From assembly GCA_913777945.1 (NCBI GenBank), contig CAJYTY010000031.1, positions 131,200 to 195,199 of the forward strand: DNA of 64,000 nt, in the 5' to 3' direction. Numbering within the stretch: position 1 is the stretch's first letter; every line of letters starts with the position of its first letter. The notes beneath the pieces were generated by a model. The model was not told the DNA's origin and did no database searches. It worked only from the letters and a program-made list of their open reading frames with translations. This stretch comes from an uncultured Acinetobacter sp. Lineage in GTDB: Bacteria; Pseudomonadota; Gammaproteobacteria; Pseudomonadales; Moraxellaceae. Positions 39,903 to 50,341 of the stretch are shown here, one piece after another. The position numbers were made by a program, and so were the translations under genes.

Positions 39903-40222
39903 ATCGATCTAAAAGGAATGTGTCGCAGAAAAACGCCCAATATAGCAAATTTTGACTGATTTAGGTGAGGGTCTTGTTCGGATTCTTGTATTTCCCGACA
40001 ATCAAAGTGGACGCTTTGCCGTAGACCGATCAATTTGGATTTTTCAGGCAATAAAAACAATAAAATTGGATTATGAAGTAAATCTTATTTGAGCGCTGAA
40101 TGTAAACGATATCATTATAAATTTTCGAAATACCTGTTTTGCCTAAAAAACGCTTAAGCTATAGCAGTAGATAAATAGACGAGTAACCTTTAGGGCAATA
40201 GTCCCTAAACACGAGATAGGCA

Positions 40223-41923
40223 ATGACAGCTGAAACCAATACGAATAAACACCCCCTCTATATTCCTTATGCAGGATATACCCTCCTCGAACTCCCACTT
40301 CTCAATAAGGGATCGGCTTTTACTCAGGAAGAGCGTAGCCATTTTAATTTGCACGGTTTGGTTCCTCATGTGATCGAAACTATCGAAGAACAAAGCCAGC
40401 GCTCGTACCAACAATATGAAACATTTAACGACGCGATCAACAAGCATATTTATTTACGAAATATTCAAGACACCAACGAGACACTTTTTTACCGTTTGAT
40501 CAACGATCATCTGGAAGAAATGATGCCAATTATCTATACGCCAACCGTGGGCGAGGCGTGTCAGGAGTTTTCGGATATTTACCGTCGTCATCGTGGTGTC
40601 TTCATTTCTTATCCAGACCGTGAGCATATCGACGATATTTTGCAAAACGTCAATAAACGCAATGTGAAGGTGATTGTGATCACTGACGGCGAACGAATTT
40701 TGGGTCTAGGTGACCAAGGTATTGGCGGTATGGGGATTCCGATTGGAAAACTGTCGCTGTATACGGCATGTGGTGGTATCAGTCCTGCTTATACGTTGCC
40801 GATTACCATTGATGTGGGAACCAACAATCAACAATTGCTAAACGACCCAATTTATATGGGCTGGCGTCAACCACGTATCAGTGGCGATGAATACTATGAG
40901 TTTGTGGATCAGATTCTGACTGCTATTCGCCGTCGTTGGCCTGATGCTTTAATTCAGTTTGAAGATTTTGCACAAAAAAATGCAATGCCATTGTTGACCA
41001 AGTACCGCGATAAATTCTGCTGCTTCAACGACGATATTCAAGGCACTGCTGCGGTTTCAGTCGGTAGCCTGATTGCAGCAAGTCGTGCGGCAGGTAAAGA
41101 GCTGAAAGATCAGAGAATTGCCTTTTTGGGCGCTGGGTCTGCAGGCTGTGGTATTGCCGAGCAGATTGTGGCACAAATGGTGGCTGAAGGTCTAAGCGAT
41201 GATGAGGCTCGTGCACGTGTCTTTATGGTGGATCGTTTTGGTTTAATCACAGAAAACCAACCCAACTTACTCGACTTCCAGCGCAAGCTGGCACAAAAAG
41301 CAGACACTGTCTCGGCTTGGGGTAATGTGGAAGAGGTGATATCACTCCTCGATGTGGTTCAAAATGCTAAACCGACGGTGTTAATTGGTGTTTCGGGGCA
41401 GCCGGGACTTTTCACTGAAGAAGTGATCCGTGCACTAAATGAAAATTCAGAGCGCCCAATCGTGATGCCTTTGTCGAATCCGACGTCACGTGTTGAAGCC
41501 GTGCCAGCAGATATTATTCAGTGGACAGATGGCAAAGCCCTCATTGCAACCGGCAGTCCGTTTGCACCTGTAAATTATAAAGGCAAGCTCTACAATATTT
41601 CACAGTGTAATAACTCGTATATCTTCCCAGGGATTGGTCTGGGCGTGATTGCTTCTGGGGCTAAACGGGTGACTGACAATATGCTGATGGCATCCAGCAA
41701 TGCCTTGGCCGATTGTTCGCCGTTGTTAAATGATCCAAACGCCGATCTTTTGCCTGCGATTTCAGAGATTCAGGCGGTATCGAAGCGTATTGCATTTAAG
41801 GTTGCTCAAGCGGCAATTGAAGACGGTGTTGCACTGAATATCCCCGATGAGGTCTTGCTTGCCAATATCGAAAAAGAATTTTGGAAGCCTGAATACCGTA
41901 CTTATAAACGCGTACCGTTCTAA
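40223..41923 (+). CDS. maeA: NAD-dependent malic enzyme
   Basis: [27 protein letters not shown] and LSNPT motifs. Confidence 0.96.
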   Translation: MTAETNTNKHPLYIPYAGYTLLELPLLNKGSAFTQEERSHFNLHGLVPHVIETIEEQSQRSYQQYETFNDAINKHIYLRNIQDTNETLFYRLINDHLEEMMPIIYTPTVGEACQEFSDIYRRHRGVFISYPDREHIDDILQNVNKRNVKVIVITDGERILGLGDQGIGGMGIPIGKLSLYTACGGISPAYTLPITIDVGTNNQQLLNDPIYMGWRQPRISGDEYYEFVDQILTAIRRRWPDALIQFEDFAQKNAMPLLTKYRDKFCCFNDDIQGTAAVSVGSLIAASRAAGKELKDQRIAFLGAGSAGCGIAEQIVAQMVAEGLSDDEARARVFMVDRFGLITENQPNLLDFQRKLAQKADTVSAWGNVEEVISLLDVVQNAKPTVLIGVSGQPGLFTEEVIRALNENSERPIVMPLSNPTSRVEAVPADIIQWTDGKALIATGSPFAPVNYKGKLYNISQCNNSYIFPGIGLGVIASGAKRVTDNMLMASSNALADCSPLLNDPNADLLPAISEIQAVSKRIAFKVAQAAIEDGVALNIPDEVLLANIEKEFWKPEYRTYKRVPF

Positions 41924-41943
41924 TCGAATATAGATTAAGCCTG

Positions 41944-41979
41944 AACCCCACATTTGCCAAGTCGAATGTGGGGTTTTTT
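41944..41979 (+). terminator. maeA terminator
   Basis: aaccccacatt...aatgtggggtt followed by a T-run. Confidence 0.85.
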
Positions 41980-42001
41980 ATTGGGCCGTATAGAATAACT
42001 G

Positions 42002-42030
42002 TAGACGAAACGGTCTGTATTTTTTAGAAT
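42002..42030 (+). promoter_or_regulatory. Putative vgrG promoter
   Basis: TAGACG-17 nt-TAGAAT, 44 nt before the ATG. Confidence 0.4.
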
Positions 42031-42074
42031 GGCTTGCAATTGATATCAATAAAACTAAAAAACGAATTTAGATC

Positions 42075-45000
42075 ATGTTAAGCAATATGAATGGGGTGTT
42101 AGAACAGCTCGGGCTGGGGGCATTAAAACGTGCTGTGCATGTACAATTTAGTCATGCTGCCTTAAATGCGCAGGTTTTTTTACAGCGGATTGAGGGAAAA
42201 CATGCCCTAAATGATGGCTTAAGTGTTGAGCTGACTTGTCTTTCCACCAATGCGCACATCGCATTAAAACAATTTATTGGATGTCGGGTGGCGGTCGATC
42301 AAGTGACCGATAGCGGTGCGCTCGCCAGAACATCTGGCATTATTACCCGTGCAACACAAGGGCAAAGTGATGGTGCACTAACTATTTACACGCTGACTTT
42401 ACAAGATCCGACTGCACTTTGGCATAAGCGGCGGAACAGCCGTGTATTTATCAATAAAAGTGTACCCGAAATTAGCGAAATTCTATTTAAAGAATGGCAA
42501 AGTAAAAGTCGCTTGTTTGCAGCAAGTTTAACGCTTGATTTGAGCGGTCTGAGCCAAGACTACGATATTCGCCCGCTCAGTATACAAATGAATGAAACTG
42601 ACTATGAATTTCTCACGCGTTTATGGCGCAGTGAAGGGATAAATTGGTTGGTGGATGAAAAACATGTTGTGGTTGCACATGCTTTGCAAGAAATGGCGCC
42701 TCAAAAACTACGATTGATTGATCACAATCAGCCATTTTTAGCCCTTGAGCGTGGAGTGATTCGTTTTCATCGCAGCCATGCCACCGAATATTTTGACAGC
42801 ATGACACAGCTTGTTGCGCATCGCCAATTACAATCTACCGCGACATATTTACAACGCTGGCAAGCCGATGCCTTGATTCAAGATGAAGGAAACGGATCGA
42901 TTCAAAGTGCGCATCTGCACAGTGAACAGCACAGTAACGAAAGTTTAAGTCTAGAACAGGCTTGGTCGATCGAACCTGCATGGACAACCGATTTAACAGG
43001 TGCCGATCAAGCAACCATTTCTAGTGCGCAGCAAATCGAAAAATTGAATCAGAATATGACCGCCTATCAAGAATTTCAGGCCAAATATTTTACTGCACAT
43101 AGCAGCGTACGTGACGCGCAGGTCGGATACTGGTTTGAGCTGACGGGACATCCCGAAATAGATACGCATGAGCGCGCAGACCGACAGTTTTTGATTTATG
43201 AAAAGCAATTTTACAATCAGAATAATTTGCCCAAAGCACTGCAACAGCAGGTTGAACGGCTTCAACCTACTTCAACATTAAATTTTTTACAAAATCAGGA
43301 GCGTCAAGGTAATCAGTTGTCCTTGATTCGTCGTCAAATCAAGTTAGTGCCCGATTATCAGCCTTTGGTGCATCGTCCTGCTGTATATCCACAGCGAGCA
43401 AGGGTGGTCGGATCGGAAAATGAAGAAATTCACGTGGATGAATGGGGGCGCATTAAGGTTCGGTTTTTATTTACCCGAGCAGAAGACCATGCGCATGATA
43501 CCGGTGCGGGCTCCAACGAAAATGATACAGATTCGGCTTGGGTCGATGTGCTCACACCATGGGCTGGTGAGCAATATGGCGCCAGATTTTTACCGCGTGT
43601 AGGCGAATTGGTGGTCATCGATTTCTTTGATGGTCACGTCGATCGGCCATTTGTGATTGGGCGTATCCATGAAGGACAACGCTCGCCTACAAAATTTGAT
43701 GTAAAAGGCCAGTTGCCTGCCACGCGAAACCTGAGTGGAATTCGCTCCAAAGAAGTCGCAGGAAGCGGATTTAATCAGCTACGTTTTGATGACACAACGG
43801 GTCAGATTAGTGCACAACTACAAAGCAGTCATGGTACCAGTCAACTAAATTTGGGAAATCTGAGCCACCCAAAGAACGAAGAAACCAGTCAGGGACGTGG
43901 GGAAGGTTTTGAACTGAGAACTGATCATTATGGGGCGGTTCGTGCTGGTCAGGGTATGCTCATTAGTACCTATGCGCAGGAACAAGCCATTGCTGATCAT
44001 TTAGAAGCTGCTCAGGCACAATCGTTACTGGTTCAGGGTCATGAAAGTATGAAAATGCTGAGTGATATTGCCCTCAAACAGCAAACTGACGCACTAAATG
44101 TCATTGATCGCTTACCTAAGTTTATTCAATCGCTTGAGTTAAAAACTACAGATCAGGCTTTAGAGCGTACCTTAAATTTGTTTAAAGATGATTTGAATAA
44201 AGATCCCATTCAAGCATTAAAGGGGTGTGGTGGTTTTATTGAAGATATTGGGCGTTTGGGAAGCGACTCAAAAGGCGTTATAGAAGAGCTTGATACATTC
44301 TTGGCGAGTAATGAGGATGCATTAGAAAATCTAAAGGCCTTTATTGAAAATGTGGAAGAGCATGGAACGGATCTCATCAAAGGCCAATTGGTAGGGATTA
44401 AAGATAAAATCCAGAAAAATCCATTTGAAAGTATCCAAGATGTTGGAAAAGTGCTTGCTCATGCTGATATCAGGGATTTTGATTTGATGAGCGAGTGTGG
44501 AACTTTCACTAAAGGCACAAAATTAGAAGTCACGCCATTTAAAGCTTTGAGTACTTTGCAAGGTTTTATGGAAGGATATACACAAGGCTTAGAAAGTAGC
44601 GCCGATACCAAACAAAAAGAGCAGGGCAAAATTTTTAGACAAGCACTTATGTTACTGGCATCACCAAACGGTATTGCATTAACCACCCCTGAAAATATTA
44701 TTTTACAAGCCTCTCAGGATATTGCTGAGAGTGCCAGTGGCTCAATTAATTTGAGCGCACAGAAAAATATTATTGGTCATGCACAAGATAAAGTAAGTTT
44801 GTTTGCTGCACAAAAGGGACTGAGTGCTTATGCAGCAAAAGGCGCAGTTAAAATACAAGCGCAAGATGATTTAGTTGATATTATTGCCAAAAAAGTGATT
44901 AAGCTGATTTCTACCGAAGATAAGATCGAACTAATCAGTACTAAAGAAATTGATATTAAAGCTGGCGGTTCTCAGTTGATCGTCAATGGAAATGGAGTTT

Positions 45001-45395
45001 TTATCAAGACAGGTGGTAAGTTTGAGGTTAAATCAGGACAGCATGTGTTTACCAGTGGTGAAAAAGTTTCATATGAAGTACCCGAGTTGCCAAATACTCC
45101 AATTTTTAGTAACCGTTTAGATATTTATGATTTGTTCTGGGCGAATGATTTTAGTCAACTCAGTTATAAAGCTTTTGTTCCTGAAACAAGCTCATTTACT
45201 TCAGGATCAATAGACGAACATGGGCGTACAGGCAAAATCAGCACTCCAGATCCAGAAAAAGTTCAGGTACTTGTTGGCTCTAATGATGAATGGGGATTGG
45301 TCATCGATGGTTTTGATGAGGAAGATCTCATGATTGATCAAAATGTGAATGATTCAGAGTCAGATAACAATATAGAAGGAAGGGACTGGAAGTGA
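42075..45395 (+). CDS. vgrG: T6SS spike protein VgrG (DUF2345, C-terminal extension)
   Basis: NETDYEFLTRLWRSEG, VDEWGRIKVRF, FLPRVGELV and NQLRFDD motifs; DUF2345-like beta repeats. Confidence 0.95.
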   Translation: MLSNMNGVLEQLGLGALKRAVHVQFSHAALNAQVFLQRIEGKHALNDGLSVELTCLSTNAHIALKQFIGCRVAVDQVTDSGALARTSGIITRATQGQSDGALTIYTLTLQDPTALWHKRRNSRVFINKSVPEISEILFKEWQSKSRLFAASLTLDLSGLSQDYDIRPLSIQMNETDYEFLTRLWRSEGINWLVDEKHVVVAHALQEMAPQKLRLIDHNQPFLALERGVIRFHRSHATEYFDSMTQLVAHRQLQSTATYLQRWQADALIQDEGNGSIQSAHLHSEQHSNESLSLEQAWSIEPAWTTDLTGADQATISSAQQIEKLNQNMTAYQEFQAKYFTAHSSVRDAQVGYWFELTGHPEIDTHERADRQFLIYEKQFYNQNNLPKALQQQVERLQPTSTLNFLQNQERQGNQLSLIRRQIKLVPDYQPLVHRPAVYPQRARVVGSENEEIHVDEWGRIKVRFLFTRAEDHAHDTGAGSNENDTDSAWVDVLTPWAGEQYGARFLPRVGELVVIDFFDGHVDRPFVIGRIHEGQRSPTKFDVKGQLPATRNLSGIRSKEVAGSGFNQLRFDDTTGQISAQLQSSHGTSQLNLGNLSHPKNEETSQGRGEGFELRTDHYGAVRAGQGMLISTYAQEQAIADHLEAAQAQSLLVQGHESMKMLSDIALKQQTDALNVIDRLPKFIQSLELKTTDQALERTLNLFKDDLNKDPIQALKGCGGFIEDIGRLGSDSKGVIEELDTFLASNEDALENLKAFIENVEEHGTDLIKGQLVGIKDKIQKNPFESIQDVGKVLAHADIRDFDLMSECGTFTKGTKLEVTPFKALSTLQGFMEGYTQGLESSADTKQKEQGKIFRQALMLLASPNGIALTTPENIILQASQDIAESASGSINLSAQKNIIGHAQDKVSLFAAQKGLSAYAAKGAVKIQAQDDLVDIIAKKVIKLISTEDKIELISTKEIDIKAGGSQLIVNGNGVFIKTGGKFEVKSGQHVFTSGEKVSYEVPELPNTPIFSNRLDIYDLFWANDFSQLSYKAFVPETSSFTSGSIDEHGRTGKISTPDPEKVQVLVGSNDEWGLVIDGFDEEDLMIDQNVNDSESDNNIEGRDWK

Positions 45396-47527
45396 GCAAA
45401 AAATCACTAGTTACCATACAAATCTTAGACTTATTTGGTCGTCCCATCTCAAAAGCACAATATGAAGTAAAAAATCAGAGAACAGGACAGGTTATTGCTG
45501 CTGGAGCAACAAACTCTTCAGGATGTATTGTCGAAATTAGCCGAGATAAAGGTACGACTTTAGATGTTTATATTAAAAGTATGTTTAATGGCTTGATGGT
45601 TAAAGTACAAAGCTTTGTAATGTCTAAAGACCGTATGCTCGTAAAAATTACAAGTCCAAAGGTAATGTTGGATTTAAAAACATTAACCAATCAAGGTAGT
45701 AGTGGACAATATAAAAGAAAAACACATGTTGTAAAAAAGGGTGAAACTTTATTTGAAATAGCTCAAAAAAATCATACGACTGTCCGAGCATTAGAGCGTT
45801 TGAATAAAATAGATGATCCAAATAAGATTAGTATAGGTCAAGTTATTAAGTTACCTGTAAATATTCCTGCTACCGGAAATCATACACATCAAGACAAGTC
45901 TAAACCAGCTACTCAGCAGAAATCACAATCTTTGGCCAGTACTAAATCGAAACCATCACAGACTCCATCTACTATGCCTTCTGATACAACACCTCAGAAA
46001 GAGCAGGAACAAGAAGCTTTTGGAACAAATTTAGGCAGTAAAATCCTCGATCAAGTAAATGAGCTTTATGAAGAAGCCAAGAAAAAGCTGAATGAAACTA
46101 CAAACTCTACTTCCAAGATATTGACGGTTGACGATCGCAGTCAGGATGGTGGAACTCCTAAAGTAGATGCTTCAAATTTATGTAAAACCAATCCGCAATG
46201 TATTTCAAGTGGTAAGAGTGACCTTATTCGAGAGGTGAATATACGTCTGGCAGGCTTTGGGGGCGCTTTACCTACGGATGAGTTTACCGATCTTACTGCA
46301 AAATGTATTAAGCAATTCCAGCGTGACTATATGGGAGTACCAGAGACAGGAAAAATTTGTGGTTCGGTATTAGTAGCGTTGGATAAATTCCGTGATGAGT
46401 ATGATATCTCTCCATATTTTGAATCAATGAAGTGCCCATGTGGAAAATGTACAGGATTCGGAAAAGGGCGAAACGATAAGTTTGAATTTGAGAGTTATCA
46501 AAAAAGTTCAGAGCGATATATAAAGGTTATAAGACCTGCACATGAATATAAAGGTATACATAAGAGTCTCATATGGGGATTAAAAGCAATGCTATTTTAT
46601 TTTAATAAAATAGCTAATCCTAATGGTTATAAAATTACAGGAATATCTTCAGGTTATCGTTGTATTGATAATAACTGGAAAAAAAGACGTGCAACAACTA
46701 ATCATATGGGATGTGCATTGGATATTGTTATTAAAGATAAGAATAATCAAACTGTTCGGGATAATGAGCTAGAGAATAAAGTAAGAAAAGAATGGTTTTG
46801 TAAATATCTTAATACAAGTCTCGGATGGTCTTCAAATAAATTTGGTTTAGAGAGATTGTCTGATGGGGCAACCACGTGGGTGCACTTAGACGTTCGCGAA
46901 TTTTCAGATAATTATAAAGTTGATAGTTTATTTTCTGAAACTAAAGATGGTTTAAATGGTCGTTATTTTTCTCAAATTATCAAGGAAGGAAATTTAAATA
47001 ATTTATTGTCATGCAGTGGTGTTATTTCTGTTTTAAATAAACCAGTTGAATTAGAGCAAAAGAAAAATAAGCTGTTTGATGAAGATGATGCCCGAAATGC
47101 CTTGAAAGTTATTTACGATAAATATGGCAAAGAAATAGCAATAATAGTAGAAAGAATGTATAGAGCAGAGACTAGACATTTTTCATCAGAGCAATATAAA
47201 CATGGTGGAACTCCTGGCATGGAAGTGCATGGTTCTGCACCTTATTATGGTTGGGATTCATCATTGTTTATTGAGTCACCTACAGGAACGTGGTCAGCAT
47301 ATGAAAATAAAGGGTTGAGTGGTTCCGGAGGTAATGCTCAAGAAAAAAATAAGAAAAAAGTGTTTGTTTGTGTCTCATCTGTGTTGGTTGGTATGACATA
47401 TGTTTCAGAATACATTCAAAAATACAATGGGAATTATGCTAGATGGTTTTCAAAAGATGAGAGCAAACAAGCAGTTTATAGAAATGAATTAAGTAAGATT
47501 AAAGTTAGGATTGTGTCAAAATTTTAA
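45392..47527 (+). CDS. T6SS peptidoglycan-targeting effector: docking domain, LysM, PG-binding, M15-type peptidase, putative lysozyme-like C-terminal domain
   Basis: HVVKKGETL...ISIGQVIKLP (LysM); CIKQFQ...TG (PG-binding); SSGYRC, H..G.ALDI and WVHLD (M15). Start overlaps the vgrG stop. Confidence 0.85.
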   Translation: MSKKSLVTIQILDLFGRPISKAQYEVKNQRTGQVIAAGATNSSGCIVEISRDKGTTLDVYIKSMFNGLMVKVQSFVMSKDRMLVKITSPKVMLDLKTLTNQGSSGQYKRKTHVVKKGETLFEIAQKNHTTVRALERLNKIDDPNKISIGQVIKLPVNIPATGNHTHQDKSKPATQQKSQSLASTKSKPSQTPSTMPSDTTPQKEQEQEAFGTNLGSKILDQVNELYEEAKKKLNETTNSTSKILTVDDRSQDGGTPKVDASNLCKTNPQCISSGKSDLIREVNIRLAGFGGALPTDEFTDLTAKCIKQFQRDYMGVPETGKICGSVLVALDKFRDEYDISPYFESMKCPCGKCTGFGKGRNDKFEFESYQKSSERYIKVIRPAHEYKGIHKSLIWGLKAMLFYFNKIANPNGYKITGISSGYRCIDNNWKKRRATTNHMGCALDIVIKDKNNQTVRDNELENKVRKEWFCKYLNTSLGWSSNKFGLERLSDGATTWVHLDVREFSDNYKVDSLFSETKDGLNGRYFSQIIKEGNLNNLLSCSGVISVLNKPVELEQKKNKLFDEDDARNALKVIYDKYGKEIAIIVERMYRAETRHFSSEQYKHGGTPGMEVHGSAPYYGWDSSLFIESPTGTWSAYENKGLSGSGGNAQEKNKKKVFVCVSSVLVGMTYVSEYIQKYNGNYARWFSKDESKQAVYRNELSKIKVRIVSKF

Positions 47528-47547
47528 GAGATAAGGGTGGTTTGCTG

Positions 47548-47901
47548 ATGAAATTTATATGTTTTTTATTTGCTGTTTTATTAACTAGTGCATGCAGTGC
47601 GAAAATAAATGTTAATAGTTTGGATCAAAATCAGCAATGTGAAAATGATCTTAAGGCTATTGTCTATAAAAATTTTGACTTAAAAGAAATTAAAAAGAAA
47701 GATATTACTTTTGATTTTTCAGAAAAGGATTATATACAGGTATTTATAAAAAGTAAAAGTGGGGTAAATAATGGGGCGACATTTGGGTGGATTAAAATTG
47801 ATAAAAAGAATAACAAATTATATAATGTTACATATGATAATGAAAATGAAACTCCAATGAATATTTTAGGGAAAAAAGATTATATTGATAGATGTTTTTA
47901 G
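47548..47901 (+). CDS. Putative immunity lipoprotein 1
   Basis: Signal peptide with TSAC lipobox; immediately downstream of the effector. Confidence 0.7.
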   Translation: MKFICFLFAVLLTSACSAKINVNSLDQNQQCENDLKAIVYKNFDLKEIKKKDITFDFSEKDYIQVFIKSKSGVNNGATFGWIKIDKKNNKLYNVTYDNENETPMNILGKKDYIDRCF

Positions 47902-47990
47902 GTTTAGTCTTTTGCGGTGAAGACAGTTAGAATATAAATAGTTTTATGCTATTAAAAAGTTGTGTATTTTGAAAATAAGTGATTATATTT

Positions 47991-48509
47991 ATGAAATTTT
48001 TTAATTATGTAAAAATGTACTTAGCTATATTGGTGTTAACCCCTATTTGGGGTTGCTCAAGTAGTCCATCAGTCGCCAAAGAAGTAAATAAACTAGAGGG
48101 AAATGTTAGAGTAATTAAATTTCCTATATCATCAAATTTTTATTCGGAATGTAGGAAAAATAAATCTGAAAAAGAATGCAAAAAAATAAGTGATATAAAA
48201 GATTATTCGTATCAATCAACGAAACTTTTAAAAGAACTCCCAGTTGAAGCGAGTTTTCTGTTAGATAGTAAGGTAAAAGATATTAATGCCGATAATTTTA
48301 GATTTATATCTAAGGGTGATAATATAGTTTACTCTATAGCTGAAAAGTATGTAGATACAGATGAGGAGGCTAAATCAGAATTTTATTTAATTAAAATTAA
48401 GTCAAAACTGGAAATAGAAAAGATAGGTGATTATTACTCAATCGATAGCTCGGGAGTGATTAAGTATAAAAATGGAAATGGAAAAATATTAAAGAAGAAT
48501 TTAAATTAA
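47991..48509 (+). CDS. Putative immunity lipoprotein 2
   Basis: Lipobox IWGC; AT-rich; same strand as the effector. Confidence 0.65.
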   Translation: MKFFNYVKMYLAILVLTPIWGCSSSPSVAKEVNKLEGNVRVIKFPISSNFYSECRKNKSEKECKKISDIKDYSYQSTKLLKELPVEASFLLDSKVKDINADNFRFISKGDNIVYSIAEKYVDTDEEAKSEFYLIKIKSKLEIEKIGDYYSIDSSGVIKYKNGNGKILKKNLN

Positions 48510-48600
48510 TAATATTTGATATACTTCATCTAAATTAGGATATATCGTTTTAAAAATAAAAATCGATAGTAATAGATTTAAACCAACAGGGGTTTTAAAG

Positions 48601-49015
48601 GATTTTGTTGCATAAATTTTAAAAAGCTGAATTTCCCCAATTTATTCAATTCTAAATGATAACTTGAGTGTGGGGTCTAGATAATTCTATAAATCTATAC
48701 AGGACTTTCACACGCACATGAATTTGATTGACCTGATTTTGAAAACATCTTGCTGTCAAATCAAGGTGCTTTTATCGTCTATAGAGAACGGAGTAATCTG
48801 GTGCTCTAATTCAATCTATAAAATTTAATCAGGCTTTGAGCAAAGCCAGTAACCATAGGTAATGAAAGATGGAATGGGAAATTGATCATTAAACACGCTA
48901 TATTTGAGTAAGTTTGATTTCGTCCGTGCCTGCCTTCCAGTTTTGTGTAACATTAGATTTTATAATCAAACTAAATTGAAAACATTTCCTCGCTTGACTA
49001 AGGCTTGGTTATGGA
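48601..49015 (-). mobile_element. Internally deleted, degenerate IS5-family (IS903/ISAba13-like) relic
   Basis: End sequence gattttgttgcataaa resembles GGCTTTGTTGCACAAA. Minus-strand fragments: HNQALVKRGN, GRHGRNQTYS...LSLPMVTGFAQSLIK, APDYSVLYRR, FQNQVNQIHVRV...RPHTQV. Confidence 0.8.
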
Positions 49016-49112
49016 AAATCTATACATGCTCATTGGACTACCGCTGAGCTAAGAAATAAAATGCCAAAACCTTTTAAAATTATTCTCCCTAAAAATTTCA
49101 AAGGAATTTAAT

Positions 49113-49841
49113 ATGTCTAGTAAGTATCTGGTGAGTACAGGATTGTTGTTGTTAGCATTTGGTACAGCAATATCAGCATGTGCAGATAGTTCGTCAGCAA
49201 ATTGTAATAAAAGTAATGTTTATGAAAGTATACAATGTATAGAAAAAGAAAATAAAAAATTAATTATTAAACTTGATAACGAAAAAAATAAAGAAAAAAA
49301 AGATTATGATAAGTGGATAAAAAAAATAAAAAACACTTGTGAGGGAAAAATCAGTCATACAGTAGGAGAAGGTGCAAGTCTAATTAGAAATCAATGCTAT
49401 AGAGACGAATATTTATCTAGATTATCATTTTTAAAAACTGGTAAAAATTCAAATAAAGAAAAAAATATTTATGGCTTAGTGGTAACAGATTTACCTTATA
49501 ATTCAGTTGATCATTTTAAATGTCTTTTAAAGAAAGATGTAAATAGCTGTTCTAAAATCAACTTAGTGAACTCATCAACTTTGATAAAGTTTTATCCATC
49601 TATTTCTTCAAGTTATGGGGATGGTATTGTTCTTCCAGAAACAGAGAGTGGTAAACAAATTATTATTTCTCCATTTGAGGACAATGAGAATGAGGGTCCA
49701 CAACTTGCTATTTTAATTATTAATACTTTTGGTATAGAGGAAATGAAATTTGTTCCAGCAACCAGAAATGTATTAATTGATAAGAATTATAATTTAACTT
49801 ACATGGAAGGTAATAAAGAAAAGCGAATACAGTTGAAATAA
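49113..49841 (+). CDS. Putative immunity protein 3: LprI-like N-domain plus paralog of immunity 2
   Basis: Signal peptide; C...IQCIEKE...WIKKIKNTC...NQC...SRLSFL Cys pattern; C-terminal half aligns with 47991..48509. Confidence 0.65.
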   Translation: MSSKYLVSTGLLLLAFGTAISACADSSSANCNKSNVYESIQCIEKENKKLIIKLDNEKNKEKKDYDKWIKKIKNTCEGKISHTVGEGASLIRNQCYRDEYLSRLSFLKTGKNSNKEKNIYGLVVTDLPYNSVDHFKCLLKKDVNSCSKINLVNSSTLIKFYPSISSSYGDGIVLPETESGKQIIISPFEDNENEGPQLAILIINTFGIEEMKFVPATRNVLIDKNYNLTYMEGNKEKRIQLK

Positions 49842-49876
49842 TTGTTGTATTCATATTTTGATAAGTGATTGAAATC

Positions 49877-49905
49877 AATCCGAACTTAACAAAGTTCGGA
49901 TTTTT
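49877..49905 (+). terminator. Terminator of the vgrG/immunity locus
   Basis: aatccgaactt-aaca-aagttcggatt followed by ttt. Confidence 0.75.
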
Positions 49906-50341
49906 ACAAATATAAAAACTAAGGAGAAATGTTCACATAGGCACTGATTTAGTTGATATTGCATAATGCGGCAGGATTAACTATGTCTAAAAAATATTAT
50001 CAATTGGTACTATTTTGATCAAGTTAAGGCTGAGCAAAATATGAAAATTTAAGTTGATAACTTATAAATGTGATATCACTAAAAAGAATTTTAGTACAGA
50101 TAAATATACCCTCTAATTAGAAAATCAAGACAAGTGAATTTTCGCTTATTCTAGTGCTAAAGAATATAATAAGATGAGATGCTGTAGATATGAAACTCTA
50201 ATGCACTATAAAATTTAATTTAATAGATTAAATAGTTTTTCTTATGGGGTTTAGTATATTTATTTATTTCAAATTTTAGTTATAAGATGTTATTTCTTAC
50301 ATACAGGAGAAATTGAAACCATCAACTTCTCCTTAATTTTT

